Position numbers and translations under genes: made by a program. DNA of 64,000 nt from Asterias rubens (Eukaryota). Positions 48,302-60,845 of the stretch are shown piece after piece. The notes under the pieces were generated by a model that made no database searches, was not told the origin of the DNA, and saw only the letters and a list, made by a program, of their open reading frames with translations. Position 1 is the first letter of the stretch. Each line of letters starts with the position of its first letter. The stretch spans positions 372,001-436,000 of the forward strand of contig NC_047065.1 of assembly GCF_902459465.1 (NCBI RefSeq). The letters run 5' to 3'.

Positions 48302-51300
48302 GATCATGAGCCATGAGCCCTTCTGTGGATTTGTGCGCTTTATAAGTTTTCATTATTATTATTATGGGCACAACATTAGCACAGCACAAGACAGTTTTGC
48401 TTACCAGAATAAGGTCACCAGCCAAAACACCATACAACGACTACAATTTGCAACTGGTTTCCTGCTGAAGTACTAAGCAAGCTTTGCTATCTAATTGTAA
48501 TCTTTGAAAGAAGGAAAGGCAAAATAGTCGAGAAGAAAGCATTTCGTGACTTAAAGAATTTCTCTCTGTATGGATAGGCCTATGGTATTCGTCCCAAACA
48601 TTTGGTATGAGATAAGTAATTACACATTGACTTTTAGTAAATTAATTATTTGTGTTAAGTACTGTAGCCTAATTGAGGAAAATAAATAGTTGTAGTTTAC
48701 GTCTTAGAGACTAGACTCTGTAATAGCTGTGTAGAAGACGCAGTGAGCATTTTCTACGTTCTGCTAATCCTCGCTTGATGCCCCATAGGCACATGCGGTA
48801 AAGTGGAATAATGAAAATAGATCTCCTTTGCAACATCCGCAGGGAATAGTGAAGGGAAACAGCCGTCTAACATTACGCTCTGCACTAGTCATTGTTCATT
48901 ATGATCGATTGGTGTCGTTTACCCTGCGGCCATTTCATTAACTATTCTTTAAACAAAAATAGCAAATTGTTCTGCTATAAGCTAATTAATTGCTACAAAT
49001 TAACATTTTAACCCAACATCCTGTGCTATCTGCAGATAAGCAATGCATGTTTTATATGGCTAATATTATTTTCATTTTATAAGAAACATTGAATGACGGG
49101 AGTCGCAATAATGCTAATCAACAGAGTCTTGATATGAATTATTATTATTATTATTCACTACCTTAATTACCGTTTAGTCAGCCTAAGTATGGAATAATGC
49201 TAACATTGCTAATAACACGTCCGATACAACAATCAAGAATATTTCACAATGGTATTTCTCCGACGAATTTGAAATCCTGGCTGTGGTTCAAATGGGTTAT
49301 TTAGACTTTGAAAATATTTCAGACGAAACATTACATGTTGCTTTGGTAAACTTTATAATCAATGAGCTCTCTGAAATGAAACCCATAAATAATTCCCTCC
49401 CCATAACTGCGTAATTACAAATCCCACACTTTGTCTTTGAAATTAAAACGCAAAAGCTATCTTTATTTTGTCGGTTGTGGTTACATACACATCATGTCAA
49501 CTCGTCAATTCTCGTCAATCCTTTCCTAGAACCTCTGATCTAAAGTGCTGCTTCGCGTAAACTTGCCATTAATTACTGCCAGTAATAGCTTTCAGAAGAA
49601 ATCTCCTTCACTCACAGGTACAAGCTGAGAGCTAAAGCAAACCACGCAGTTCTAAATAGCTAGTAATTGGAAACGTCAGTCAATAGTGATCAGACGAGAA
49701 ACGTCAATCTGATGTCATTTAGGCGGGAAAGTACTCAATTGAAAAGTGGACTGTTGTGGTTGCCTGGTATAATAATCAACATAAATTGCAAAGTAATTAA
49801 TAATAAACGGACATGTCATCTCTGTGTATGGAACCCTGTGTACTTAGTAATGTAAAAGTACAGACTTTCCATAGAGTTATATATAACTCTATGCGACTGT
49901 CATAAATAGCGGAACCAGACTATTATCGACCAGCCTCGGTTTGACCTTGTGACGTTTCTACAAGGCAAGCTTAACACAAAATTCCTATCACTAAAATGTT
50001 TATATTTCATTTTCGTTCGGTTGTTTTTTCAGAACTTCTGTAAAAACAAAGTGGTTGGGTTGTTCCCCCGCCGTCAGGTATAGCGGAAGATGTTTTACGA
50101 CTACAATGGTACATAAAATCTCAACCCATGAGAGAAGGCATACTGTTATGTTTAGAATATTTTGAAAACATGTTTGCGTAAAAAAGGCGAAATTAATATA
50201 AAACGGGTAATGTGACATAGCGTTGCACCCCCCCTTTTTTTTTATAAAGCCCCCATTTATGTTCAGAGAACGTTGTGAATAGAAGAGAAGTGTTTGAACT
50301 TTATCACTTGAAGTTTGATGGGTCAAAGAAATCCGTTTGCCGAGCCGGTTTCTAAAGCTCGATTTCCCACCAAAACTGACACTAACATCGCCGGGCAATT
50401 TGTTGTATAGTCCATCTCAAGTCAAGAGAGATAAGGGGGGGTCTAAACTTTTAGAAAAGAAGACTGGCATTTATGCAGTTTCCATTCTCGCATGAGTACA
50501 AGCAATTCTCCCGACCCTTTCTTGATGAATAAGATCGGATATAAGAGCCGACTGGCCAAGAAGTTCTCTTCGGTAAAAGAAAACGCCTGCAGACAACCGA
50601 TAGAATTTCAGCTTTCTCTATTTATCCATCATGGAGTTAATAAATTAAGAAGGACGTCTTCCGAAGGCATCCCCGGTAGGGGTTGAAGAGGGTTTCAGGA
50701 CTGAAGGAGCTAGAAGAAAAGGGAGGAGTGTGGGACTTTTTCCTTTGCTTTTTCTGTTTTATCCTTTCTATATCTTGGCTATCGAACGGACACAATGATG
50801 TACAAGCACCTAAGTTTGGACAAGATCGGTTCCCGCCATAAATGAAAAATATTGACTTTGTGCGGACTGATTGGCAGCTATGCGGGTTTGTTTACAGTGT
50901 AGGGATCGCTGGGAAAACATCAGGCCAGAATCACGCCAACCAAAACGGAAAGATTTCAGGTGAGCTCGCTCCTACTCTCCCGCCTTTTTTTTTTCAATTA
51001 CGCAAGAGATCACATTTCTGTTTATGAAATGCCAACTCTGTTTCCAGAATCAAATGAAGACGGATTTCCCAATGGATGGTTATTCTTTTTTCCCTCGGAA
51101 ATTGGAATTTTATTGTTTAGGGAAATTAAATTTGGTTCTATTTCATTCAAGATGTAAACGGATTACCGTGCATTGAGCTATAGGCCTTCTTCGGGCATTA
51201 GAAAATATCTCCAACTTCTTTGGTGGTCACTTATATGCAGATTTTATTGGTGGGGAGGAACAACAATTTATGATAAAATACCTTTAATTTTCAGCGAGGG

Positions 51301-51881
51301 CGGACGCTTTTAACTATCAGTGGTCTTCACTCAGCGTTATATGCATGTACAGGACAAACCAGACAACTTTATCAATTTTTGCAAAAGGGGTAATTAATTT
51401 GTTTGCGAGGGCGTGACCATAATAAACAAGGGGGCAGTTAGCTATCGCTTTGGTTTTTATTTAGAATCATGCTTACCGTATAATGGAAAATTTATACTGG
51501 TGATGTTCAACTGCTTGGTATATAGAATAAGATGAGTGTAAGGGTCGTGGCTCAATGAGGTTCTGTTTTCACTTTAAAGCCTGCATTTACTTTGGGTCAA
51601 GTGATGCATATTCGTGGCTTATTATTGGTTTCCAGTTTCTAAGTAATGAAAACAGGTAACCAATTTGAGTTCGACAATGTCTTTACTTGTTCGACCTTTT
51701 TTGTTACCCTTAACTTTTAGGCAAGCACTCATGTAAGGTTATGTCAAGTAAGACCTCAAAGCATGATGGACACTTCTTTGAAGATTGTATATGGTGCTTT
51801 TAAGAGACAGTGAAGCAACAATACATCATTTTGGGCAGCATGCATTTATCGTATCAATGTGAGAAAGATGGGCCACACGAG

Positions 51882-52117
51882 CCATTAGGCGTGACATGCG
51901 TTTCAATAAAGAGTCGTCTACTTTTCTGTATGGGTTTCGCGTCATCGTTCATCGCCCTACGACTACTTGATGTATCCCGTGACATTCTCAGTTCTAAACC
52001 ATTAGGCGTGACATGCGTTTCAATAAAGAGTCGTCTACTTTTCTGTATGGGTTTCGCGTCATCGTTCATCGCCCTACGACTACTTGATGTATCCCGTGAC
52101 ATTCTCAGTTCTAAACC
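51882..52117. repeat. Tandem duplication, 117 bp x 2
   Basis: ccattaggcg at 51882 and 51999; the copies appear identical. Confidence 0.95.
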
Positions 52118-53471
52118 GAAATCCATGTCTTTTTCCCTTTTCCCAACAAACCAACTGTCATTTAAAAGAGATACGGAAAATCCTAACCTCTTGTGCAGTG
52201 TTCACTAGCCATCAACTCGTTGTTAAACATTGATTTTTGACACTCGTGTAAATACTACATGATATTAAAAGCTATATCATTTGAATTTATGCAAGAGTTT
52301 GCTGAGATATAAATAATAAGCTAAGCCGGCCATTTTCTTTACCCCTTCCGGGCAGGTGGTGGTTTCCCAAGGGGATAAAAAACCAGCGGGTGGCCATGCA
52401 CCTCTCTGCCGTTCACCTACTCGGGACGCCCGGGTGCTCTAGTGAGAGGTGTGACTGCTCTCTCGGTGTTAGAGCTCGTTCTGTTTATATTATACGGATC
52501 GTTCTCTTTACGAACGTCATGTCCATAATATTGTGGTATTTTAGTGGTTCAATTTGAACGATTTTTCACAAGTTCATGCGATAGAAATTGCTTTGCAAGA
52601 TATAAAGGGAACTCACAAAATGCAGTCGATATTCAGGCAGCACGTTGAGGTGTAGGCCTACATAAAACAGACTCTATTAGACATTAATAATCGAAGTGAT
52701 TTTTAGTGAAGCATTATTACATCTACCTGAATCAACCTCAAAAACGCAAAAAATTGCGATGATGTAAGATATATTTTAAGAAATAGAGCACCGCAAAATG
52801 AGAATGGGGCTCTTAGTTCAAATTGAGTTTTGTGGTTGCAGTAATTTTTCAAAAGAGTATTTTATGAAAGTTGGTACAAACTTTGCGACCTCACGTTATA
52901 TAAATGTATCAATTTTGATTTTCAGTTTTCGCTACACTATTCTGCCACTTTGAGACTATAGTGGCAAATTATCCAATACCAAAATTACCCCTCAAAATTG
53001 TTGACAGTCATTAAAAATTTGAGAGGTTGTGAAGTTTCCATTTATCACCAGAATGTTTTTTTATGAGTGGCCAATTATCTGAAGGGTCACTCAAATAATT
53101 AAGTATTTATCGATCTCCGTTTGAATTGGAACTTTTGTTTAACTAAGTGTGATTAACTTATCGTAAATTGCGCGTGGATATTCATGTCCATCAAAACCAA
53201 TTTGTGAATCTTTCTTCTTCTTAATTGGGGTGCCACTTTAAGAATACCAACAATGGTGGTGGCCAATAATGGTGGCCAATAATGGCGGCCAATGTAGAAT
53301 AATCACACAAGGACACCACTTGACTATTATCAACCTGCATGGTACCCTCTTTGTCGTGTTCCTTGTGAGTTATTTCAATCACCACAGTGGACTCTCGAGC
53401 TGCCAAGTAGGCGCCTGACTATGTTTCCCCCGTACGCATCGTGTTGGATATAATGGTTTTAAACCCCGAGG

Positions 53472-53785
53472 AAAACCAAAACGGCGGCCGAATGATAGGC
53501 CTAAAGCCCTGTTTTATAGCAGGGCTGTGCTGGTTTTGCAACACAATGCAATCATCCAGGCACCATATTGAACAACGAATCAGTAAAAACCAAAATGGCC
53601 GCCGAATGATAAAGCCCCGTGGTATAACAAGGCCATTAGTTTCGCTGGTTTTGCAATGCAATCAATCCCCGATTCGAACATGGAGGTATGATTTGAACAA
53701 CAAACCGTGAGTCAAACCAAAATGGCCGCTTAATGAAAAAGCCTCCCGTGTCATAAACAAGGCCAATAGTTTGTTGGTTTTGCCC
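53472..53785. repeat. Three diverged ~115-130-bp copies starting aaaccaaaa(t/c)ggc
   Basis: Starts at ~53472, 53586 and 53714; each ends in ...(g/t)ggttttgc. Confidence 0.65.
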
Positions 53786-55045
53786 TACATTGAACCCCCT
53801 TTACAGCACCCGTGCACAGTCATGGTATCTCCCGAATCGACGAACCATTAACCCCCACCTATCCGTTATCAATACGTAAAAGCCAGATGTAAAACGCATG
53901 GACAAAGAGGACATGCCAAGTCACGTGCCTTCTTCGGTCACAGGAAAACGGACCCGTTCCTCATCGATTCCAATTCTCGCGTGAACATCCCTCCATCGAT
54001 TCCAATTCTCGCGTGAACATCTTCCCCTGTCTATCTCTTTGTTCCGGAAACTATATTCACGGTGTTTCGGTGATTATTTGGTGATTATTTGGTGATTGTA
54101 GGAATCTCTTCGATCCCAAGGAGGGCAGTTTAGTCATGGCAGGTAGCTCGCTCCGATTCGATGGAAAGTCACGCTTGTATAACTCGGTATTCTGTGATGA
54201 CAAGCAGGAGGCACGAAGGCTAGGTGCAGTGGGTTGAGCTGGGGCTTATCTCATCCGAATTCTAACTTATCTGGAAGTAAAAAGATTGAATTCTGAAAGT
54301 AATTCATTTTATAGCTTTCACTGTCTTGGTTTTGTGTGCTGGTTTCTAAATGAATGTCACTGCACATTTAAATAAATTTTTCTGTTTGTGTTTCTAGGTT
54401 TTTTTCTTCTTTTTTGTGTGGTTTGTTTTGTGCATATTTGCTGTAAATGCATAACTTCTCTCAATATAGTCATGCCCAAGCGTTACGGCGCGCAGAAACA
54501 TAAATAATGAACACATATACTGAATAGCTGCAGTTGTTAAAAAAGAAAGGTATAATGAGTCTTTAAAACTCAATGTAAGACTATTTTGTTCTAAGTGAAT
54601 TCATCTCTGTACTTTCCCTCCGACGTCCATCCTTCATCCTAATAGACATGATCCTATCCTAATCCGAGGTCTCCTTCTTAAACCCCCTCCCCCACCCCCA
54701 TCTAGATACACTTTGCGATGCAATACAAAGACGCCCGCCCCCTCTACTAGAATAGATTCCGTTCTACATCAACCTTGACATCCATGGTGTTTGGCGTTAA
54801 TCCACACGATGTAATCAGCTGCAACATCAATCTATAGACCGTCCAGTCTAACCTTAATGCATCATCTTTAAAGGGAGGGTCGTTTGATAACCACTCTTAA
54901 AATCACTGGCAATACAAACTTTTGGTTTATAGAAGCCTACTCCAGCTTCGATAGCTGGTAGCATTTGGGGAAATATTTCACTTCGAAGTAATTTGGTTAT
55001 GTAAAAACATGTAAGTTTTTATGACCCAAAATTGTAATCTGAGAA

Positions 55046-55176
55046 GCGTTATATATCTTGAGATGGTCGTCCATCCTGTCGATGTAAGGCGTTATATACC
55101 TTGAGATGGTCGTCCATCCTGTCGATGTAAGGCGTTATATACCTTGAGATGGTCGTCCATCCTGTCGATGTAAGGC
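55046..55176. repeat. Tandem repeat, 43 bp x 3
   Basis: gcgttatata(t/c)cttgagatggtcgtccatcctgtcgatgtaag. Confidence 0.95.
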
Positions 55177-55649
55177 TATCTCTATGTCCCCTTCACTAAT
55201 GGTCTCAACTTTAACATTCCAGTTTTTTTCTGTGTACAAATCTGCTGTTCTCTTTTTTGTTGTTGCTGATTTCAGTTTTGTCAATAATAATATTGTGAAT
55301 ATTTTATTAATTAAGCTTTGATAATACTTTCGTTTGTTAATCGTCAACCATGGACTCACAGCGCCTTTACGTACGGCAGACGTACTCGTCTAAAAATATG
55401 CGGCAATTTATAGTGTGTTGAGTTCAAAGCAATTTTTCCTCCCATGCAAGCAAGGTTGAAACGGGAGTCTTTAAAGTGCCTTTGATTATGCGTCATTTGT
55501 AACAAACTTGCTAATTTCGACAAACAAGCAAAACACCAATCAAAGCAAAAAGGGAACAAGCCTTGACAGACCAAGCTCATTTTGAATGCAATTTGGAGCA
55601 TCCATCTGAAATGATGTGTCTCCAAGGATTTAGTCATGTAATTACAGTG

Positions 55650-56365
55650 TATAGTTGCGTTAATGTAGAGGAAATATATGAACACTAATGAGCTTGAAAT
55701 GAAGTTGCATCGCAGAGACGCAGCAGCGGCAGAGAAGTGGTTGCGGTATGCTCGCTCAAATTAAGTTGCAGGAACGCAGACAAGTAGATATATGCACTTA
55801 TTAAAAGTGGTTGCAGTACAAGTGGACGTTTTGAAGTTTTACTGCATGTTGTAAGATCTTAGTAGGCTTTGCTACTGCGGGAGAAAATGTGCAGAAAACA
55901 GCAAACACTTTTTGCAGACAATCAAAACAACATGGGTTACTCATAGGGTATAGTTAATTAATGTAGAGGAAATATTAACACTAATGAGTTTGAAATGAAA
56001 TTGCATCGCAGAGAAGTGGTTGCGGTATGCACGCAAAGTGGTTGCAGTCCAATTAGTGCATTTTGTAAGATTCGGGAGAAAATGTGCAGAGAATATCCGA
56101 CACTTTTTGCAGATTTTACGCACTCACAATTATATGACAAAGTTTGTTATTAACGTAGAGGGAATACGAACACTAATGAGATGAAATTGCATCGCAGAAT
56201 GGAGTAGCAGCTGCAAACAGAAACGTAGTTATAAAAATTGTATCTATGCACGCATTAAAAGTAGGTGCAGTTATTCAAGGGTACGTTTTGAACCTTTGCA
56301 TCTGCGTTGTCTATACTGCTAGAGAATTGGTGCAGAGATTAACCAACCAACACTTCTTGCAGTTA
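55650..56365. repeat. Old, diverged tandem triplication (~200-300-bp units)
   Basis: The anchors tagagg(a/g)aata...aacactaatgag...ttgcatcgcaga and aacactt(t/c)ttgcag recur three times, with indels. Confidence 0.7.
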
Positions 56366-57516
56366 ATTTAAATTACAAGGTTTACGCATAAAACATGAAC
56401 ATTTCCGATCTTTGTCGTGTCGCTCTAGTTTCCTTGTTGTACTTTAACGGTGAGAGAGGACGGCCACATTTTTGTAAACCAATTGCTGCTATCCCGGCCA
56501 AGGTTGAAGGGCTTAGAATCTGCAATGACATACAATCTTTTAGCGATCGTACAAAACAGCGCCCTGGTTTTTAAAGTTTGAGACAGCACACTTGAAAACA
56601 AAAAATTGAACCGTACACTAAAATATTATGTGAACGTATAGTGGGATTACAGCTTAGTTCAGAATAGGCCTACGGCGTATTTATTTTACTGTTTTTTTTC
56701 TTCTTCTTCAGTCTAAGCCAGGATAAGATTGTGACTTTTGAAAGACCACTTAAAATATATTTATTTGTGGAAGCTTTAGCTTCAGGGATTCTCTAAGAAT
56801 ATTTGCAAAAATAACATGAACGTGTTAAAAGGAGGGGCAGGATTTGAAGTCAGGATGAAAATGAGTGGTCCTAACTAAACGTTGATTTAAGTTCGACAAC
56901 ACCAATCCTGTTTTATAAAGGTGCTGATTTAGGACATAGAAAGGCAACAGGAAGAGGAGACCAATTAGTAATCCGTCACTTGTTCGTACTTGGCCAAACA
57001 CTATGTCGAGTTAAATTCTTAGGATTTTACTTAAGAATGACAGCAGTTGGCAACCATAGTCTAAGTTGTGTCTTTAAGGTAAGCTTGCCCCAATGAAACC
57101 ATACTTGTTGTCTTATATATGACTATTTTAATAGCCAGGGGAAGCACACCTGCTTACTAACGAGTAGTGTTCTATGAGCAAATCCGGCCTGCACTTTAGG
57201 ACAATTTATATGGAGAAATAAAACCTAATGCATAGTCTCAGTTAAAGCTTGCCTTTAAGGTAACCAAAGTGGGACTACATTTAGGGTCAGTTACCACAGC
57301 ACCTGCCTATTTGCGTTTCTTTCCTTAAAGGAAACCCTTTTAAAGATAAACGATTTGTGGGAATACAGTACAAACCTTACCCTTAAGGTAGCAGTGTCCT
57401 TTACTTTAGCATGGATTTAATAAAAGCCAATGAAAACACCTGTCTCGTACATTTGTGAAAAGAGTAACCCCCATTTATTGTTTCCATCCTAGGCATTATA
57501 TTTATTTTGCTGGGAT

Positions 57517-57590
57517 ACGTTAATCCGGAGGTCGTTGGTTCAAATCCCGCTCCAATGTTGTCTTTGTTCAAGCCCAAATCATAATTTAAT
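57517..57590 (+). mobile_element. tRNA-derived SINE fragment (same family as 27281)
   Basis: B-box ggttcaaatcc; segment tctttgttcaagcccaa. Confidence 0.5.
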
Positions 57591-57923
57591 GTTTGTCTTT
57601 TTAGAAAGGTATCTCTGCGTAAGCTATCAGACGATCTTGGGAACGAGCTTGAATAAGCCATCACGATCTTAGGAACGAGCTTGAATCAGACATCATTGAG
57701 AGTTTTTGAGTGTTCTTTAGGTGCTCGTAAACAAACTTATATGGAAAGGAACAATGTTTAGCCTTTAAACATCCGTTTATGCATACAGGAAGCTTGATCC
57801 ACCGGGCGGGTTGGCCACATTCAGGAACATGTCAACCAAATAATAATTAAAGTTTGATACATTGGTTTGGGCTACATTATTTTAAGGACATCTATCTAAA
57901 TCCAACTTCCAAAGTAACTAGAT

Positions 57924-58066
57924 CCTGGGCTCGATTTCACAAAGCACAAGATTAATCTTAGAATGACTTGTAACGATTACAATAGTGATTTGTATTATCA
58001 CATCACACTTTGCTTTTGGCAATAAAGATTGATAGCAATTTTAATTTTTGTGAAATCAAGCCCAGG
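57924..58066. mobile_element. MITE, 143 bp, ~20-bp TIRs
   Basis: cctgggctcgatttcacaaa and tttgtgaaatcaagcccagg. Confidence 0.75.
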
Positions 58067-58256
58067 TCATAGTCCTTTTTTTTGTTTTACCTGAGTCGGG
58101 CCAGCCTTGCGGTCACTTTCAGATGCAACAATCATTATATAGCAGTCGGTAAACTATTTTATATAACACCCAAGCAGATCCTTGCCATTTGATTGGAGGA
58201 TTGTCCGTCACGTGATAGCAAATAAAAGTACCATTGCACGCTGAGTCACTCGCCGT

Positions 58257-58341
58257 GCTTTTTCGTTCCATCCGAAAAGTACCATTGCACGCTGGCACGC
58301 TGCCAGCGTGCAATGGTACTTTTCGGATGGAACGAAAAAGC
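58257..58341. repeat. Perfect 41-bp inverted repeat with a 3-nt loop
   Basis: Arms 58257-58297 and 58301-58341, loop cgc. Confidence 0.9.
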
Positions 58342-58439
58342 TGAGTAAAAACATCACTGCGTGCGCGTGTCTTTGGTAACGCAGCAGGTGTTACTGCAAG
58401 AAGGCATAGTAAAATTACTAGCATATTCGGCTTCTACAG

Positions 58440-58675
58440 TTGAAATTGTTTGTTTTGAAAGTTGTTTCTTTCAATCAAAATGACAAAGTTCTACTTGGAT
58501 GTTATATAAAACAAATAATGAATGTTTTTCATTCGTGCAATGGTGCGAATATGTTCATTCGTTGAAAGCTGGAATGTTCCATTCAACTCGGCTCCGCCTC
58601 GTTGAATAGAACATTCCATCTTTCAACTCATGAACATATTCGCACCATTGCACTCATAAACATTCATTATGTGTA
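58440..58675 (+). mobile_element. Dispersed hairpin element (fold-back 58515-58670 plus a one-sided tail)
   Basis: ~70-bp imperfect arms around tcggctccgcctc; a second copy lies inverted at ~14395. Confidence 0.75.
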
Positions 58676-59789
58676 TAGTATTGGACTCGCACTTCACAGA
58701 AAAAGAAAACAACCTAATCATATTTTAGTTACCTTGTTCAATCAATTGGTATTTCTGAATCTGCCCGAGTGTGTTATTTCTGTAGACCTATTCGGTTTCA
58801 CAATAAATCGCTGATGTTGATCCAGTTGTACCAAACGGTCGTTATTTGAGAATGGCGGGCTTTTAAAGCTTGAAACCACCGTTAGAGAAACACGAACCTT
58901 TCATAGCGTAAAGTGATACCTTACGTATATTGCGCATTCCCAACTTAAAAATGTATACCCATTTAAGGATTAGTCTGGTTATTTGAGAGTTCTGGATCTG
59001 TAAACCAGAAGCTGTGTGAACTATGGGTGTAAAATTGCATTTAATTGTCACTGCCCCTCCGGCATGCATCCGATCGTTCGTAGTTCGTTGTTTAATAAAG
59101 TATTGGGCACAGGGCTTGGGCAGCAATAATTGTTTAAAGGTTTAGCTTTTATTTTGAGGGGTATCATTCTGATTGATGCAAGACGCCCCGGGGTGCCCGT
59201 GTGGGGTCCCGCCCCCAACATAGGTACGTGTTTCTATACTTGGTGTGTCATATGAGATTTGTCACATATTGCCACTATAGTATAATTATAACTGCAGCAC
59301 GTTCAAATGAAACATGTTCCTTATAAATTATTCATAATTTAGATTTCTGTGATTGTAATCGCCGAAATGAAAGGCTTTCGAATCCCATCACCTTAAATAA
59401 ATAAAGGGGTATTTGAACAATGAAATACAAAAGACCTTGGACCAACTTTTATTATTGGTCATTGAACCTTAATTTAGAATTTTGATTTCGGTGTTATTCC
59501 CCTCTCCTTCTCGAATCAATACTAGATATAAATTAAAGTTTATTTCTTGGAAAGCCAATTTTCTTGAAAATTTAAATAACAACACCATTTCAATCACAGC
59601 ATCTTGTAATGCATTTATTCTGTGGCTGATGATTCAGCTTTGTCCGTGTACTTTAAGACATAAAGCCTTTTTTGAGAGCCTTTTAATGTTCTGACTGAAA
59701 ACAGATTGAAATAATTGTGTGTTCTGTTGAAGTCATCTGGTATACCAAGTCGATATTTTAATGAAATGAAATCAGTGATAGAATATCAC

Positions 59790-60370
59790 AACAATAAATA
59801 GAAATTGAAATAGGAATGGGCTTAGGATTATAAACAGAAAAATGATTAGCAAAGGGAATACGAATGAGAAATAATTTATGAATAGGAATGTAATAGGCAC
59901 AGGGATAGAAATAAGTACAGGAGTAGGAAATTGGATATGGATTGAAATAGGAAATGGAATTGGGATAGGATATATAACAAGTATTGGGAATAGCAATAGA
60001 AATTGATCATGAAATAGAAGTAGGAATGGGAAGAGAGGAGTGGGAAAATTAACATGTGTATAACTGATTTGGAACAGTAATGTGTAAGATTAAAATGTAG
60101 ATAGAAAAGAAGAAAGCAAATTATTATATGAATATTAACAGGAAAGGGAACATAAATATAAACCGGAACGGGAACATAAATATAAACCGGAACGGGAACA
60201 TAAATATAAACCGGAACGGGATTGCATGATAATGTATAGGAAAGCAGAAATTGGAAAGGATAACAAAAGGGAAAGCAACATAAATATGTATAAGAACAGG
60301 AGTATAGGAAAATGTATAGGAACGCAGGAATTGGAATATGGAACAGGAACATTAATTCTGACATGGGAAC
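59790..60370. repeat. Purine-rich decayed hexamer-like tract (ggaata/gaaata), including 24 bp x 3 at 60146-60221
   Basis: Strong strand asymmetry; the minus-strand ORFs read as alternating P/I/F, which is low complexity. Confidence 0.6.
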
Positions 60371-60397
60371 ATGAAAAATAAGTTGTAATCGTGCCTC

Positions 60398-60845
60398 TTA
60401 AAGACAGTGGACACTATTGGTAATTACTCAAAATAATTATTAGCATAAAACCATACTTTAAAGCCAGGGGACACTATTGGTAATTACTCAAAATAATTAT
60501 TAGCATAAAACCTTACTTGGCAACGAGTAATGTGGAGAGGTTGATAGTATAAAACATTGTGATAAACGACTCCCTCTGAAGTGGAGTAATTTTCGAGAAT
60601 AAAGTAATTTTCCACGAATTTAATTTCGAAACCTAAGATTTAGAATTTGAGGTCTCGAAATCAAGCATCTGAAAGCACACAATTTTGTGTGACAAGGGTG
60701 TTTTTTCTTTCATTGTTATCTCGCAACTTCGATGACCAATTGAGGTCAAATTTTCACAGGTTTGTTATTTTATGCATATATGTTGAGATACAGCAAATGA
60801 GAAGACTGGTCTTTGACAATTACCAATAGTGTCAAGTGTCTTTAA
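60398..60845. mobile_element. TTAA-flanked non-autonomous DNA transposon (Kolobok-like AG...CT ends) with a 60-bp duplicated left end
   Basis: ttaa|agacagtggacactattggtaatt ... aattaccaatagtgtcaagtgtct|ttaa; second left end at 60458. The superfamily call rests on TSD and termini only. Confidence 0.8.

Noticed and set aside
59772-60364. Hydrophobic minus-strand ORFs
   Set aside because: Translation of a decayed purine-rich hexamer tract.
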